64,000 bases of DNA from the NCBI RefSeq assembly GCF_058153355.1, contig NZ_CM177019.1; one strand, given 5' to 3'. Below are positions 1 to 12,742 of this stretch, piece by piece. The first letter of the stretch is position 1, and every line of letters starts with the position of its first letter. Made by a program: the position numbers and the translations under genes. A model generated the notes under the pieces. It was not told the DNA's origin. It searched no databases and saw nothing but the letters and a program-made list of their open reading frames with translations.

Positions 1-1
1 G

Positions 2-1100
<1,099 letters not shown>

Positions 1101-1123
1101 ATAATCGCTTTCGGCGTGAAAAA

Positions 1124-1152
1124 GGGCTGACAACTGTCAGCCCTTATTTTGT
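1124..1152. terminator. bidirectional rho-independent terminator between yciU and oppF
   Basis: GGGCTGACA-AC-TGTCAGCCC hairpin flanked by an A-run upstream and TTATTTTGTTT downstream. Confidence 0.55.
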
Positions 1153-2157
1153 TTAAAGCGGATCGACTTTCAGGCAAGACACGGCGTGTCTGAAACTCCC
1201 CTCCAGCACAGGACGTGTTTTGGCACACTCTGGACCGGCAATCGGGCAACGGGTACGGAAAACACAACCGGAAGGCGGGTTGATCGGCGACGGTAATTCC
1301 CCTTCCAGTAACTGGATAGTTTTGTTCTTCTCCAGATCCGGATCAGGTATGGGGACTGCCGACATCAATGCCCTGGTGTAAGGATGTAGCGGATTGTGGT
1401 AGACCTCATCATAGGTCCCCAGTTCTACCGCATGGCCGAGATACATCACCAGCACACGATCGGAAATGTGTTTTACCACGGCCAGGTCGTGAGCGATAAA
1501 AATTAATGACAATCCCATCTCGCGTTGCAGCTGCTGGAGCAGGTTGACCACCTGCGCCTGAATTGACACGTCCAGCGCCGACACCGGCTCATCACAGATA
1601 ATCAGCTTCGGTTCAAGAATAAGAGCACGAGCAATCCCGATACGCTGGCACTGCCCACCAGAGAACTCATGCGGATAGCGGTTAATCAGGTTAGGCAATA
1701 ACCCGACTTTCAGCATCATCGCCTTCACGCGCTCGCGAACTTCCTGGCGTGACATTTTCGGATGATAAGTACGCAGTGGTTCAGCGATGATCTCGCCGAT
1801 GGTCATACGCGGGTTAAGCGATGCCAATGGATCCTGGAAAATCATCTGAATATCACTGCGAACGGCACGCCATTCATCGGGCTTCATGCCCAGCAACTCT
1901 TTACCTAACCAGGCAACATGACCGTCGGTCGCTTTAACCAGGCCAATGATGGCGCGAGCAAAGGTGGACTTACCGCATCCCGACTCCCCTACCACACCTA
2001 ATGTTTCCCCTTCATACAGGCGAAGAGTTACACCATCTACGGCTTTGAGCGTTTTCGGCGGTTGCCAGAACCACTGTTTGCCATCTTTGATTTCAAAGTG
2101 CACTTTCAGATCGGCGATTTCGAGGAGGACTTTTCTTCCTTCGGTTACAGCATTCAT
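1153..2157 (-). CDS. oppF: oligopeptide ABC transporter ATP-binding protein OppF
   Basis: 334-aa ORF with Walker A GESGCGKST and ABC signature LSGGQ; 4-bp overlap with oppD. Confidence 0.93.
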   Translation of the reverse strand: MNAVTEGRKVLLEIADLKVHFEIKDGKQWFWQPPKTLKAVDGVTLRLYEGETLGVVGESGCGKSTFARAIIGLVKATDGHVAWLGKELLGMKPDEWRAVRSDIQMIFQDPLASLNPRMTIGEIIAEPLRTYHPKMSRQEVRERVKAMMLKVGLLPNLINRYPHEFSGGQCQRIGIARALILEPKLIICDEPVSALDVSIQAQVVNLLQQLQREMGLSLIFIAHDLAVVKHISDRVLVMYLGHAVELGTYDEVYHNPLHPYTRALMSAVPIPDPDLEKNKTIQLLEGELPSPINPPSGCVFRTRCPIAGPECAKTRPVLEGSFRHAVSCLKVDPL

Positions 2158-3167
2158 AACAGTTCCTCCACCGGTTTAAAGCAAGCACGCAAACGGCCAG
2201 GCGTAAACTCTTCCAGCGGCGGTGCGCTACTACAAATTTCCATCGCATGCGGACAACGTGGCTGGAACGGGCAACCTTTCGGTAATCGCAACAGGTTTGG
2301 CGGATTACCCGGGATGGTCAACATTGTTTCACCTTCCGCATCGAGACGCGGCACCGCGTTGAGTAAACCGATAGAATAAGGATGAACGGGTTGATAAAAG
2401 ACATCGCGCGCGTTGCCATATTCCATCGTGCGCCCGGCGTACATGACCAGCACTTTGTCGCAGATCCCTGCCACCACGCCAAGATCGTGGGTGATCATAA
2501 TGATGGCGGTATTAAATTCCCGCTTCAGTTCATTCAATAGCGTCATGATCTGCGCCTGTACGGTGACGTCCAACGCAGTAGTGGGTTCATCAGCAATCAG
2601 CAGCTTAGGTCGACATAGCAATGCCATCGCAATCATGACTCTTTGACGCATGCCGCCAGAAAATTCATGCGGAAACATCTTCATGCGTTTACGCGCTTCC
2701 GGCATTTTTACCGCATCGAGCATCCGCACCGACTCTTCAAACGCCTCAGATTTGCTCATGTTCTTATGCAACATCAGCACTTCCATCAACTGCTCACCGA
2801 CGCGCATATAGGGATTCAACGAAGTCATCGGATCCTGAAAAATCATTGAGATTTGTTCAGCACGCAGTTTATTGAGTTCACGCTCTGGCAAATTGAGGAT
2901 TTCACGCCCATTGAAGGTTGCCGATCCGCCAATACGTCCGTTGGCGGCCAGCAGGCCCATCAACGCAAATGCAGTTTGCGATTTACCCGAACCAGACTCA
3001 CCTACAATGCCCAGCGTTTCTCCGGCACGTAGGGAAAAATTCAAATCATTGACCGCCGTGACGTCGCCGTCCGGGGTACTAAAGGTGACACGCAAATCTT
3101 TCACGTTCAGCAGTGCGTCAGCCTGTTGTTGTGCGAGCGGCACAGTTGCAGTTTCAATTACGCTCAT
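2154..3167 (-). CDS. oppD: oligopeptide ABC transporter ATP-binding protein OppD
   Basis: 337-aa ORF with Walker A GESGSGKS and signature FSGGMRQR; operon position. Confidence 0.93.
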   Translation of the reverse strand: MSVIETATVPLAQQQADALLNVKDLRVTFSTPDGDVTAVNDLNFSLRAGETLGIVGESGSGKSQTAFALMGLLAANGRIGGSATFNGREILNLPERELNKLRAEQISMIFQDPMTSLNPYMRVGEQLMEVLMLHKNMSKSEAFEESVRMLDAVKMPEARKRMKMFPHEFSGGMRQRVMIAMALLCRPKLLIADEPTTALDVTVQAQIMTLLNELKREFNTAIIMITHDLGVVAGICDKVLVMYAGRTMEYGNARDVFYQPVHPYSIGLLNAVPRLDAEGETMLTIPGNPPNLLRLPKGCPFQPRCPHAMEICSSAPPLEEFTPGRLRACFKPVEELL

Positions 3168-3178
3168 GGCTGCACTCC

Positions 3179-4087
3179 TTAACGATCTTTCGGGTCGAGG
3201 GCATCACGCAAGCCATCGCCGATAAAGTTGAAACAAAATAGCGTCACCACGAGGAATCCCGCTGGGAACAACAGTAACCATGGAGAGACTTCCATCGAGT
3301 TCGCGCCATCACTCAGCAATGCGCCCCAGCTGCTTAACGGCTCTTGCGTCCCCAACCCCAGGAAGCTAAGGAAAGATTCAAAGAGGATCATGCTGGGCAC
3401 CAGTAGCGATGCGTAGACCACCACCACACCGAGTACGTTCGGTACAATGTGGCGAATAACAATGCCCGGCGTCGATACACCGCCAACTTGTGCCGCCTCA
3501 ATAAACTCTTTGCGCTTCAGACTCAGGGTTTGCCCACGCACAATACGAGCCATATCCAGCCAGGAAACCATGCCTATCGCCACGAAAATCAGCAGGATGT
3601 TTTGACCGAAAAAGGTCACCAGCAAAATGACGAAGAACATGAATGGGAAGGAGTTGAGGATTTCCAGCAGACGCATCATTACCGAATCCACTTTACCGCC
3701 CAGATAACCGGAAAGCGAACCATAAAGTGTCCCGACGACCACAGCCACCAGTGCCGCAGCAACACCGACCATGAGTGAGATACGCCCGCCAATCGCAACG
3801 CGCACAAGCAGGTCGCGACCGGATGAGTCAGTACCAAAGTAGTGACCGGACTCCATATCTGGGGCGCTGGACATCATCGCCCAGTCAGTATCGTCATAGG
3901 CAAACTGCGAAAGCATCGGTGCCAGGATTACAAATAACGCGATTAGCACCAGCACTATCAGACTGGCAACCGCCGCACGGTTATGCATAAAACGTCGACG
4001 TGCGTCCTGCCACAAGCTGCGCCCTTCGACCTCCAGCTTTTCACTGAAATTTTCCAGCGTCTCGCTGTTTTTCTTACTTAACATCAT
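3179..4087 (-). CDS. oppC: oligopeptide ABC transporter permease OppC
   Basis: 302-aa hydrophobic multi-pass ORF with permease-type composition; operon position. Confidence 0.92.
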   Translation of the reverse strand: MMLSKKNSETLENFSEKLEVEGRSLWQDARRRFMHNRAAVASLIVLVLIALFVILAPMLSQFAYDDTDWAMMSSAPDMESGHYFGTDSSGRDLLVRVAIGGRISLMVGVAAALVAVVVGTLYGSLSGYLGGKVDSVMMRLLEILNSFPFMFFVILLVTFFGQNILLIFVAIGMVSWLDMARIVRGQTLSLKRKEFIEAAQVGGVSTPGIVIRHIVPNVLGVVVVYASLLVPSMILFESFLSFLGLGTQEPLSSWGALLSDGANSMEVSPWLLLFPAGFLVVTLFCFNFIGDGLRDALDPKDR

Positions 4088-4101
4088 CGCGAGCTCCAGT
4101 A

Positions 4102-5022
4102 TCAGTAACGGATTTTCGGGTCGATAACCGCATATAGCACATCGACAATGGCATTAAACAAAATGGTTAACGCGCCAACCAGAATGGTCAGACTTAACAC
4201 TAAGGAATAGTCACGATTCAATGCGCCATTAACGAACAATTGCCCAATCCCCGGTAAACCATAAATGGTTTCGATGACCATAGAACCGGTAATAATGCCG
4301 ACAAATGCAGGGCCCATATAGGAGAGCACGGGTAACAGAGCAGGTTTTAATGCGTGACGTAAAATGATCCGCCGCATAGGTAACCCTTTCGCCCGGGCAG
4401 TACGAATAAAATTGGAGTGTAATACTTCAATCATAGAGCCACGGGTAATACGCGCAATACTGGCGATATAGGCGAGTGACAACGCCACCATTGGCAGTAT
4501 CATGAATTTAAGCGCACCACCATTCCAGCCACCGCCCGGCAGCCAATGCAAAATGATCGCAAATATCATGACTAATAATGGCGCAACCACAAAACTGGGG
4601 ATAACAACCCCGGTCATTGCCAGCCCCATCACGGTATAGTCCCATTTGGTGTTTTGTTTTAATGCTGCAATAACGCCAGCACTAACACCCAGTATTACCG
4701 CAAGGAAAAATGCTGCGGCTCCCAGTTTTGCTGAAACGGGAAAACTGGATGCAACTAGGTCGTTGACCGAATAATCTTTATATTTAAACGATGGACCGAA
4801 ATCGCCATGCGCCAGTTGTTTCAGGTAGCTGAAATACTGTGTCATGATCGGATCATTAAGATGATATTTCGCTTCGATATTGGCCATCACTTCTGGCGGT
4901 AAAGTACGTTCGCCGGTAAAAGGGCTTCCCGGCGCGAGGCGCATCATGAAGAACGAAATAGTAATAAGAATAAATAGCGTCGGAATCGCTTCCAGACAGC
5001 GACGTAGAATAAATTTTAACAT
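4102..5022 (-). CDS. oppB: oligopeptide ABC transporter permease OppB
   Basis: 306-aa ORF, hydrophobic, typical DppB/OppB-family N-terminus MLKFILRRCLEAIPTLFIL. Confidence 0.92.
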   Translation of the reverse strand: MLKFILRRCLEAIPTLFILITISFFMMRLAPGSPFTGERTLPPEVMANIEAKYHLNDPIMTQYFSYLKQLAHGDFGPSFKYKDYSVNDLVASSFPVSAKLGAAAFFLAVILGVSAGVIAALKQNTKWDYTVMGLAMTGVVIPSFVVAPLLVMIFAIILHWLPGGGWNGGALKFMILPMVALSLAYIASIARITRGSMIEVLHSNFIRTARAKGLPMRRIILRHALKPALLPVLSYMGPAFVGIITGSMVIETIYGLPGIGQLFVNGALNRDYSLVLSLTILVGALTILFNAIVDVLYAVIDPKIRY

Positions 5023-5107
5023 TGCCCTACCTTCTGGCCTGTGCCTTCTGTAATGCGATAAAAATCAGACACCGTGGAGCAGGACACTCCTGCCCCACGT
5101 ATTGCCA

Positions 5108-6739
5108 TTAGTGCTTCACAATGTACATATTCCGGGTGTAGGTATTATCCAGCGGATCTTTGCCGGTATAGCCACCAACCCACGGTTTCACCAGACGCGC
5201 ATTCACGTAGTAATAAACAGGAACAATGGCCGAATCCTTATCCAGCTGTTGTTCTGCTTTAGTGTACAGAGCTGTGCGCTGCGCCTCGTCAGTCGCTTTC
5301 AGCGTTTCCGCCATAATGCTGTCAAAGGCCGGGCTCTTATAATGCGCGGTATTCATCGAGCTGTTCGACAGCATGGTGTTCAGGAAGGAAGTTGGTTCGT
5401 TGTAGTCTGCACACCAGCCTGCACGGGCCACATCAAAAGTACCCTGGTGACGGGTGTCGAGGAACGTTTTCCACTCCTGGTTAACCAGTTTGACGTTTAC
5501 ACCAATGTTTTTCTTCCATAATGAAGAGGCAGCAATCGCCAGCTTTTTATGCAGATCGGAGGTGTTATACAACAGGTTGATGGTCAACGGTTTGTCTGCG
5601 GTATAACCCGCTTCAGCCAGCAGTTTTTTCGCTTCTTCGTTACGTTTTTCCTGGCTCCAGCCAAACCATTCCGGCTGAGTCAATTTTGCGCCATCAGTAT
5701 ACGGTGGAGTGTAACCATAGGCGGGCATGTCGCCCTGCGCTTTCACTTTATTAACAATGATATCGCGGTCCATACCCAGTTTCAGTGCGGTACGCACACG
5801 TACATCGTTGAATGGCGGTTTCTGGTTGTTAATTTCGTAATAATAAGTGCACAGGTATGGATCAACGTGAACTTCGTCCGGGATCTCTTTTTTCAGCTTC
5901 TGGAACAATTCGATCGGCATGTTGTTATAAGTCATGTCGATTTCACCACTACGGTAGCGGTTGACATCGGTAACTTCAGAAGCAATAGGCAAATAGGTTA
6001 CCTGGTTAATAACGGTTTTCGCGTTGTTCCAGTAGGTTGGGCTGCGTTCAAGAACGATTCGTTCGTTTACGACCCAATCTTTTAAGGTATAGGCACCGTT
6101 GGTGATGATATTACCAGGCTGGGTCCATTTTTCGCCGAATTTCTCGATAGCGGCTTTTGGCACCGGTGAAGTTGATGGGTGAACAAGTAATTTATAGAAG
6201 TACGGAACAGGTTCACTTAAGGTGACTTCTAATGTGTGATCATCAATAGCTTTCACGCCGAGATCGGTAATCGGTTTTTTCCCTTCAAGAATTTCATCAA
6301 TACCGGCGATATGCCCATATTGCAGATAACTGGCATACGGAGAAGCGGTGTTTGGATCAACAGAACGTTGCCAGCTATACACAAAGTCTTGTGCTGTGAC
6401 TGGCGTGCCATCAGACCATTTCGCATCTTTACGCAAATGGAAGGTCCAGACTTTCGCGTCTTTATTATCCCAGGATTCAGCGACGCCAGGTGCCGGATGA
6501 CCGTCAAGATCGCTGACCAGTAAGCCTTCAAACAGGTCTCGGCTGATATTAGACTCCGGAACACCTTCAATTTTATGCGGATCTAATGACTGAACTTCTG
6601 AACCATTGTTACGTACCAGCGTTTGTTTTTCCGCCAGTGTGACGCCTGCGGGTACATCAGCTGCCAGCGCGACATTCCCTGCCATAAGCGCAGCCAGAAC
6701 GCCAGCTGCTACTAAACTTCTCTTGGTGATGTTGGTCAT
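5108..6739 (-). CDS. oppA: periplasmic oligopeptide-binding protein OppA
   Basis: ORF 5108..6811; start placed at the internal ATG giving MTNITKRSLVAAGVLAALMAGNVALA signal peptide (543 aa). Confidence 0.9.
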   Translation of the reverse strand: MTNITKRSLVAAGVLAALMAGNVALAADVPAGVTLAEKQTLVRNNGSEVQSLDPHKIEGVPESNISRDLFEGLLVSDLDGHPAPGVAESWDNKDAKVWTFHLRKDAKWSDGTPVTAQDFVYSWQRSVDPNTASPYASYLQYGHIAGIDEILEGKKPITDLGVKAIDDHTLEVTLSEPVPYFYKLLVHPSTSPVPKAAIEKFGEKWTQPGNIITNGAYTLKDWVVNERIVLERSPTYWNNAKTVINQVTYLPIASEVTDVNRYRSGEIDMTYNNMPIELFQKLKKEIPDEVHVDPYLCTYYYEINNQKPPFNDVRVRTALKLGMDRDIIVNKVKAQGDMPAYGYTPPYTDGAKLTQPEWFGWSQEKRNEEAKKLLAEAGYTADKPLTINLLYNTSDLHKKLAIAASSLWKKNIGVNVKLVNQEWKTFLDTRHQGTFDVARAGWCADYNEPTSFLNTMLSNSSMNTAHYKSPAFDSIMAETLKATDEAQRTALYTKAEQQLDKDSAIVPVYYYVNARLVKPWVGGYTGKDPLDNTYTRNMYIVKH

Positions 6740-7475
6740 TGTTTTTTGGACTCCCTCATTATAATTACTGGTATTAACCAGCATGTGTAATCCCGGATTG
6801 GGACCCTGCACAGGCTCGGAGACTTTCTGCTGTCAGGTTACTTTATCGTTACGGATTGCTATCACCGACTTTATTTATTCTGGTGATTCAGACGATCACC
6901 TTATGTCGATTCGTACTGTGTCTCCCCTGTCGAGACACATTATTCTTTTGCGACGCTCTTTAATTGTTAATTATTCTCATTACCAATAAAAATCGCCTGG
7001 CGGTTGGTCGGAAAGTACCAAATGCGCTTCTTACTCGCCAATACATTTTGCAAAATTGTTAAGCAATTCTCTTTTATTGACCGTATCAGAATCTATAGCT
7101 TGTATCCATGTCTTAACAAACATCTTTCAATTCAATCAAATAGAGATTGGTTAAGCATGTCTATCTTTTCTGATTACAGTTCCAGTAGTGAAATGCACAA
7201 TAATTTAACAATTGATTGTTATTTAGCACTTTCCTCTACCAAAGGCAGTGGAATTACTAATATCATTTCAATTATTCTTCAGCAAGCCCAGGATTATGAT
7301 GTGGCGAAAATAACATGATGGTGAGGAGAAACAGTTAAGGAAATCCTTATAACCAACTCTAATTTAAGAAGAATATTTTTACCCATTCCTATTGCTTTTG
7401 GTAACTGCACCGGAACAAAGTAAAAATAATGACGAAGTAAACGGAGCATGGCAGCTCCGTTTCATTTGAAAGGAA

Positions 7476-8123
7476 TTAATTAAGCAAGCCGGGGAAAATC
7501 CCCTTAATACCAGTAACGATAAATTCAATCCCCAATGCCATCAGCAATAGCCCCATAATACGCGTAATCACGTTGATGCCGGTCTGGCGTAAAACCCGTA
7601 CCAGCCACGGTGCCATGCGGAACAATCCCCAGCAACATAAAGCGAACAAAGCAATAGCCACAAAGAAACCAAACAGATAGCTAATGCTGTGATAACGCGT
7701 ACCCCAGACGATGGTAGAACTGATCGCCCCTGGCCCCGCCATCAACGGCAACGCCAACGGCACCACACCAATGCTTTCACGTACCGCGGTTTCTGATTTT
7801 TCTTGCTTGTTCTGTTTATCCTCGCCAAGCTTGCCGCTGATCATCGACATCGCTATTGTCACCACCAGGATGCCACCGGCGATACGGAATGAATCAATTG
7901 ATATACCAAAAAGTTGTAGAATCGTGTCGCCGAGAAAAAGCGAGATCCACAAGATAATGGCCACAGACAGGTTGGCTGTAAGGTTCGTTTTGTTTCGCGC
8001 TGCCGCTGTCTGATAACTGGTCATGCTGATAAAGACGGGAATAATCCCTACCGGGTTGACCAGCGCAAATAACCCGATGAAAAATTTGAAGTAAACGGGA
8101 AAATCAAAAAGGGTCTGAATCAC
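7476..8123 (-). CDS. ychE: MarC-family inner membrane protein YchE
   Basis: 215-aa hydrophobic ORF; position between oppA and adhE. Confidence 0.8.
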   Translation of the reverse strand: MIQTLFDFPVYFKFFIGLFALVNPVGIIPVFISMTSYQTAAARNKTNLTANLSVAIILWISLFLGDTILQLFGISIDSFRIAGGILVVTIAMSMISGKLGEDKQNKQEKSETAVRESIGVVPLALPLMAGPGAISSTIVWGTRYHSISYLFGFFVAIALFALCCWGLFRMAPWLVRVLRQTGINVITRIMGLLLMALGIEFIVTGIKGIFPGLLN

Positions 8124-8599
8124 GGTTAGCTCCGAAGCAAAAGCCGGATAATGTTAGCCATAAATAAGGTTAAAAAGACGCGCTGACAATACGCCTTTTG
8201 ACAGCATTTTTCACCTCCTAACTACTTAAAATTGCTATCATTCGTTATTGTTATCTAGTTGTGCAAAACATGATAATGTAGCCAACAAATCATACTACAA
8301 TTTATTAACTGTTAACTATAATGGCGAAAAGCGATGCTGAAAGGTGTCAGCTTTGCAAAAATTTGATTTGGATCACGTAATCAGTACCCAGAAGTGAGTA
8401 ATCTTGCTTACGCCACCTGGAAGTGACGCATTAGAGATAATAACTCTAATGTTTAAACTCTTTTAGTAAATCACAGTGAGTGTGAGCGCGAGTAAGCTTT
8501 TGATTTTCATCGGTTAAGCAAATCATCACCGCACTGACTATACTCTCGTATTCGAGCAGATGATTTACTAAAAAAGTTTAACATTATCAGGAGAGCATT

Positions 8600-11275
8600 A
8601 TGGCTGTTACTAATGTCGCTGAACTTAACGCACTCGTAGAGCGTGTAAAAAAAGCCCAGCGTGAATATGCCAGTTTCACTCAAGAGCAAGTAGACAAAAT
8701 CTTCCGCGCCGCCGCTCTGGCTGCTGCAGATGCTCGAATCCCACTCGCGAAAATGGCCGTTGCCGAATCCGGCATGGGTATCGTCGAAGATAAAGTGATC
8801 AAAAACCACTTTGCTTCTGAATATATCTACAACGCCTATAAAGATGAAAAAACCTGTGGTGTTCTGTCTGAAGACGACACTTTTGGTACCATCACTATCG
8901 CTGAACCAATCGGTATTATTTGCGGTATCGTTCCGACCACTAACCCGACTTCAACTGCTATCTTCAAATCGCTGATCAGCCTGAAGACCCGTAACGCCAT
9001 TATCTTCTCTCCGCACCCGCGTGCAAAAGATGCAACCAACAAAGCAGCTGATATCGTTCTGCAGGCTGCTATCGCTGCCGGAGCTCCGAAAGATCTGATC
9101 GGCTGGATCGATCAACCTTCGGTTGAACTGTCTAACGCACTGATGCACCACCCAGACATCAACCTGATCCTCGCGACCGGTGGTCCGGGCATGGTTAAAG
9201 CCGCATACAGCTCCGGTAAACCAGCTATCGGTGTAGGCGCGGGTAACACGCCAGTTGTTATCGATGAAACTGCTGATATCAAACGTGCAGTTGCATCTGT
9301 GCTGATGTCCAAAACCTTCGACAACGGCGTAATCTGTGCTTCTGAACAGTCTGTTGTTGTTGTTGACTCTGTTTATGACGCAGTACGTGAACGTTTCGCA
9401 ACCCACGGCGGCTATCTGTTGCAGGGTAAAGAGCTGAAAGCTGTTCAGGATGTTATCCTGAAAAACGGTGCGCTGAACGCGGCTATCGTTGGTCAGCCAG
9501 CCTATAAAATTGCTGAACTGGCAGGCTTCTCTGTACCAGAAAACACCAAGATTCTGATCGGTGAAGTGACCGTTGTTGATGAAAGCGAACCGTTCGCACA
9601 TGAAAAACTGTCCCCAACTCTGGCAATGTACCGCGCTAAAGATTTCGAAGACGCGGTAGAAAAAGCAGAGAAACTGGTAGCTATGGGCGGTATCGGTCAT
9701 ACCTCTTGCCTGTACACTGACCAGGATAACCAACCGGCTCGCGTTTCTTACTTCGGTCAGAAAATGAAAACGGCTCGTATCCTGATTAACACCCCGGCTT
9801 CTCAGGGTGGTATCGGTGACCTGTATAACTTCAAACTCGCACCTTCCCTGACTCTGGGTTGTGGTTCCTGGGGTGGTAACTCCATCTCTGAAAACGTTGG
9901 TCCGAAACACCTGATCAACAAGAAAACCGTTGCTAAGCGAGCTGAAAACATGTTGTGGCACAAACTTCCGAAATCTATCTACTTCCGCCGTGGCTCTCTG
10001 CCAATCGCGCTGGATGAAGTGATTACTGATGGCCACAAACGTGCGCTCATCGTGACTGACCGCTTCCTGTTCAACAATGGTTATGCTGATCAGATCACTT
10101 CCGTACTGAAAGCAGCAGGCGTTGAAACTGAAGTCTTCTTCGAAGTAGAAGCTGACCCGACCCTGAGCATCGTTCGTAAAGGTGCAGAACTGGCAAACTC
10201 CTTCAAACCAGACGTGATTATCGCGCTGGGTGGTGGTTCCCCGATGGACGCCGCGAAGATCATGTGGGTCATGTACGAACATCCAGAAACTCACTTCGAA
10301 GAACTGGCGCTGCGCTTTATGGATATCCGTAAACGTATCTACAAGTTCCCGAAAATGGGCGTGAAAGCGAAAATGATCGCTGTCACCACCACTTCTGGTA
10401 CAGGTTCTGAAGTCACTCCGTTTGCGGTTGTAACTGACGACGCTACTGGTCAGAAATATCCGCTGGCAGACTATGCGCTGACCCCGGATATGGCGATTGT
10501 CGATGCCAACCTGGTTATGGACATGCCGAAGTCCCTGTGTGCTTTCGGTGGTCTGGACGCAGTAACTCACGCCATGGAAGCTTATGTTTCTGTACTGGCA
10601 TCTGAGTTCTCTGATGGTCAGGCACTGCAGGCACTGAAACTGCTGAAAGAATATCTGCCAGCGTCCTACCACGAAGGATCTAAAAATCCGGTAGCGCGTG
10701 AACGTGTTCACAGTGCAGCAACTATCGCGGGTATCGCGTTTGCGAACGCCTTCTTGGGTGTATGTCACTCAATGGCGCACAAACTGGGTTCCCAATTCCA
10801 TATTCCGCACGGTCTGGCAAACGCCCTGCTGATTTGTAACGTTATTCGCTACAACGCGAATGACAACCCGACCAAGCAGACTGCATTCAGCCAGTATGAC
10901 CGTCCGCAGGCTCGCCGTCGTTATGCTGAAATTGCTGACCACCTGGGTCTGAGCGCACCGGGCGACCGTACTGCTGCTAAGATCGAGAAACTGCTGGCAT
11001 GGCTGGAAACGCTGAAAGCTGAACTGGGTATTCCGAAATCTATCCGTGAAGCTGGCGTTCAGGAAGCAGACTTCCTGGCGAATGTGGATAAACTGTCTGA
11101 AGATGCATTCGATGACCAGTGCACCGGCGCTAACCCGCGTTACCCACTGATCTCCGAGCTGAAACAGATTCTGCTGGATACCTACTACGGTCGTGATTAT
11201 GTAGAAGGGGAAACTGCAGCGAAAAAAGAAGCCGCTCCGGCTAAAGCTGAGAAAAAAGCGAAGAAATCCGCTTAA
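8600..11275 (+). CDS. adhE: bifunctional aldehyde/alcohol dehydrogenase AdhE
   Basis: 891-aa [29 protein letters not shown]... with C-terminal iron-containing ADH domain; preceded by RBS AGGAG. Confidence 0.97.
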
Positions 11276-11305
11276 TAAGTAGCGCTGTCTGGCAACATAA
11301 ACGGT

Positions 11306-11316
11306 CCCTTCTGGGG
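11306..11316. repeat. IS4 target-site duplication, left copy (CCCTTCTGGGG)
   Basis: identical 11-mer directly flanks both ends of the IS4 element. Confidence 0.85.
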
Positions 11317-12742
11317 TAATGCCGATCAGTTAAGGATCAGTTGACCGATCCAGTGGCTGTGTAAGAATCCGGAAACGCTCACTTGTTTCCGGATTTTTTT
11401 ATGCACATTGGACAGGCTCTTGATCTGGTATCCCGTTACGATTCTCTGCGTAACCCACTGACTTCTCTGGGGGATTACCTCGACCCCGAACTCATCTCTC
11501 GTTGCCTTGCCGAATCAGGTACTGTAACGCTACGCAAGCGCCGTCTTCCCCTCGAAATGATGGTCTGGTGTATTGTTGGCATGGCGCTTGAGCGTAAAGA
11601 ACCTCTTCACCAGATTGTGAATCGCCTGGACATCATGCTGCCGGGCAATCGCCCCTTCGTTGCCCCCAGTGCCGTTATTCAGGCCCGCCAGCGCCTGGGA
11701 AGTGAGGCTGTCCGCCGCGTGTTCACGAAAACAGCGCAGCTCTGGCATAACGCCACGCCGCATCCGCACTGGTGCGGCCTGACCCTGCTGGCCATCGATG
11801 GTGTGTTCTGGCGCACACCGGATACACCAGAGAACGATGCAGCCTTCCCCCGCCAGACACATGCCGGGAACCCGGCGCTCTACCCGCAGGTCAAAATGGT
11901 CTGCCAGATGGAACTGACCAGCCATCTGCTGACGGCTGCAGCCTTCGGCACGATGAAGAACAGCGAAAATGAGCTTGCTGAGCAACTTATAGAACAAACC
12001 GGCGATAACACTCTGACGTTAATGGATAAAGGTTATTACTCACTGGGACTGTTAAATGCCTGGAGCCTGGCGGGAGAACACCGCCACTGGATGATACCTC
12101 TCAGAAAGGGAGCGCAATATGAAGAGATCAGAAAACTGGGTAAAGGCGATCATCTGGTGAAGCTGAAAACCAGCCCGCAGGCACGAAAAAAGTGGCCGGG
12201 ACTGGGAAATGAAGTGACAGCCCGCCTGCTGACCGTGACGCGCAAAGGAAAAGTCTGCCATCTGCTGACGTCGATGACGGACGCCATGCGCTTCCCCGGA
12301 GGAGAAATGGCGGATCTGTACAGTCATCGCTGGGAAATCGAACTGGGATACAGGGAGATAAAACAGACGATGCAACTGAGCAGGCTGACGCTGAGAAGTA
12401 AAAAGCCGGAGCTTGTGGAGCAAGAGCTGTGGGGTGTCTTACTGGCTTATAATCTGGTGAGATATCAGATGATTAAAATGGCGGAACATCTGAAAGGTTA
12501 CTGGCCGAATCAACTGAGTTTCTCAGAATCATGCGGAATGGTGATGAGAATGCTGATGACATTGCAGGGCGCTTCACCGGGACGTATACCGGAGCTGATG
12601 CGCGATCTTGCAAGTATGGGACAACTTGTGAAATTACCGACAAGAAGGGAAAGGGCCTTCCCGAGAGTGGTAAAGGAGAGGCCCTGGAAATACCCCACAG
12701 CCCCGAAAAAGAGCCAGTCAGTTGCTTAACTGACTGGCATTA
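11317..12742 (+). mobile_element. IS4 insertion sequence, complete (1426 bp)
   Basis: imperfect terminal inverted repeats TAATGCCGATCAGTTAAG (left) and TAATGCCAGTCAGTTAAG (reverse complement of right end), 16/18 identical; length 1426 bp; single transposase ORF; 11-bp direct repeats. Confidence 0.9.
11401..12729 (+). CDS. IS4-family DDE transposase
   Basis: 442-aa ORF from ATG 11401 (track ORF starts at alternative TTG 11383); C-terminal Y(2)R(3)E(6)K signature [15 protein letters not shown] typical of the IS4 family. Confidence 0.9.
   Translation: MHIGQALDLVSRYDSLRNPLTSLGDYLDPELISRCLAESGTVTLRKRRLPLEMMVWCIVGMALERKEPLHQIVNRLDIMLPGNRPFVAPSAVIQARQRLGSEAVRRVFTKTAQLWHNATPHPHWCGLTLLAIDGVFWRTPDTPENDAAFPRQTHAGNPALYPQVKMVCQMELTSHLLTAAAFGTMKNSENELAEQLIEQTGDNTLTLMDKGYYSLGLLNAWSLAGEHRHWMIPLRKGAQYEEIRKLGKGDHLVKLKTSPQARKKWPGLGNEVTARLLTVTRKGKVCHLLTSMTDAMRFPGGEMADLYSHRWEIELGYREIKQTMQLSRLTLRSKKPELVEQELWGVLLAYNLVRYQMIKMAEHLKGYWPNQLSFSESCGMVMRMLMTLQGASPGRIPELMRDLASMGQLVKLPTRRERAFPRVVKERPWKYPTAPKKSQSVA

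Noticed and set aside
8951-10768. 605-aa minus-strand ORF antisense to adhE
   Set aside because: Lies entirely inside the well-supported adhE CDS on the opposite strand; low-complexity Arg/Val/Phe-rich translation typical of antisense frames of highly expressed genes
11530-12423. Minus-strand ORFs (155 and 123 aa) and a plus-strand 66-aa ORF inside IS4
   Set aside because: Embedded in or antisense to the IS4 transposase gene; IS4 is known to encode a single transposase
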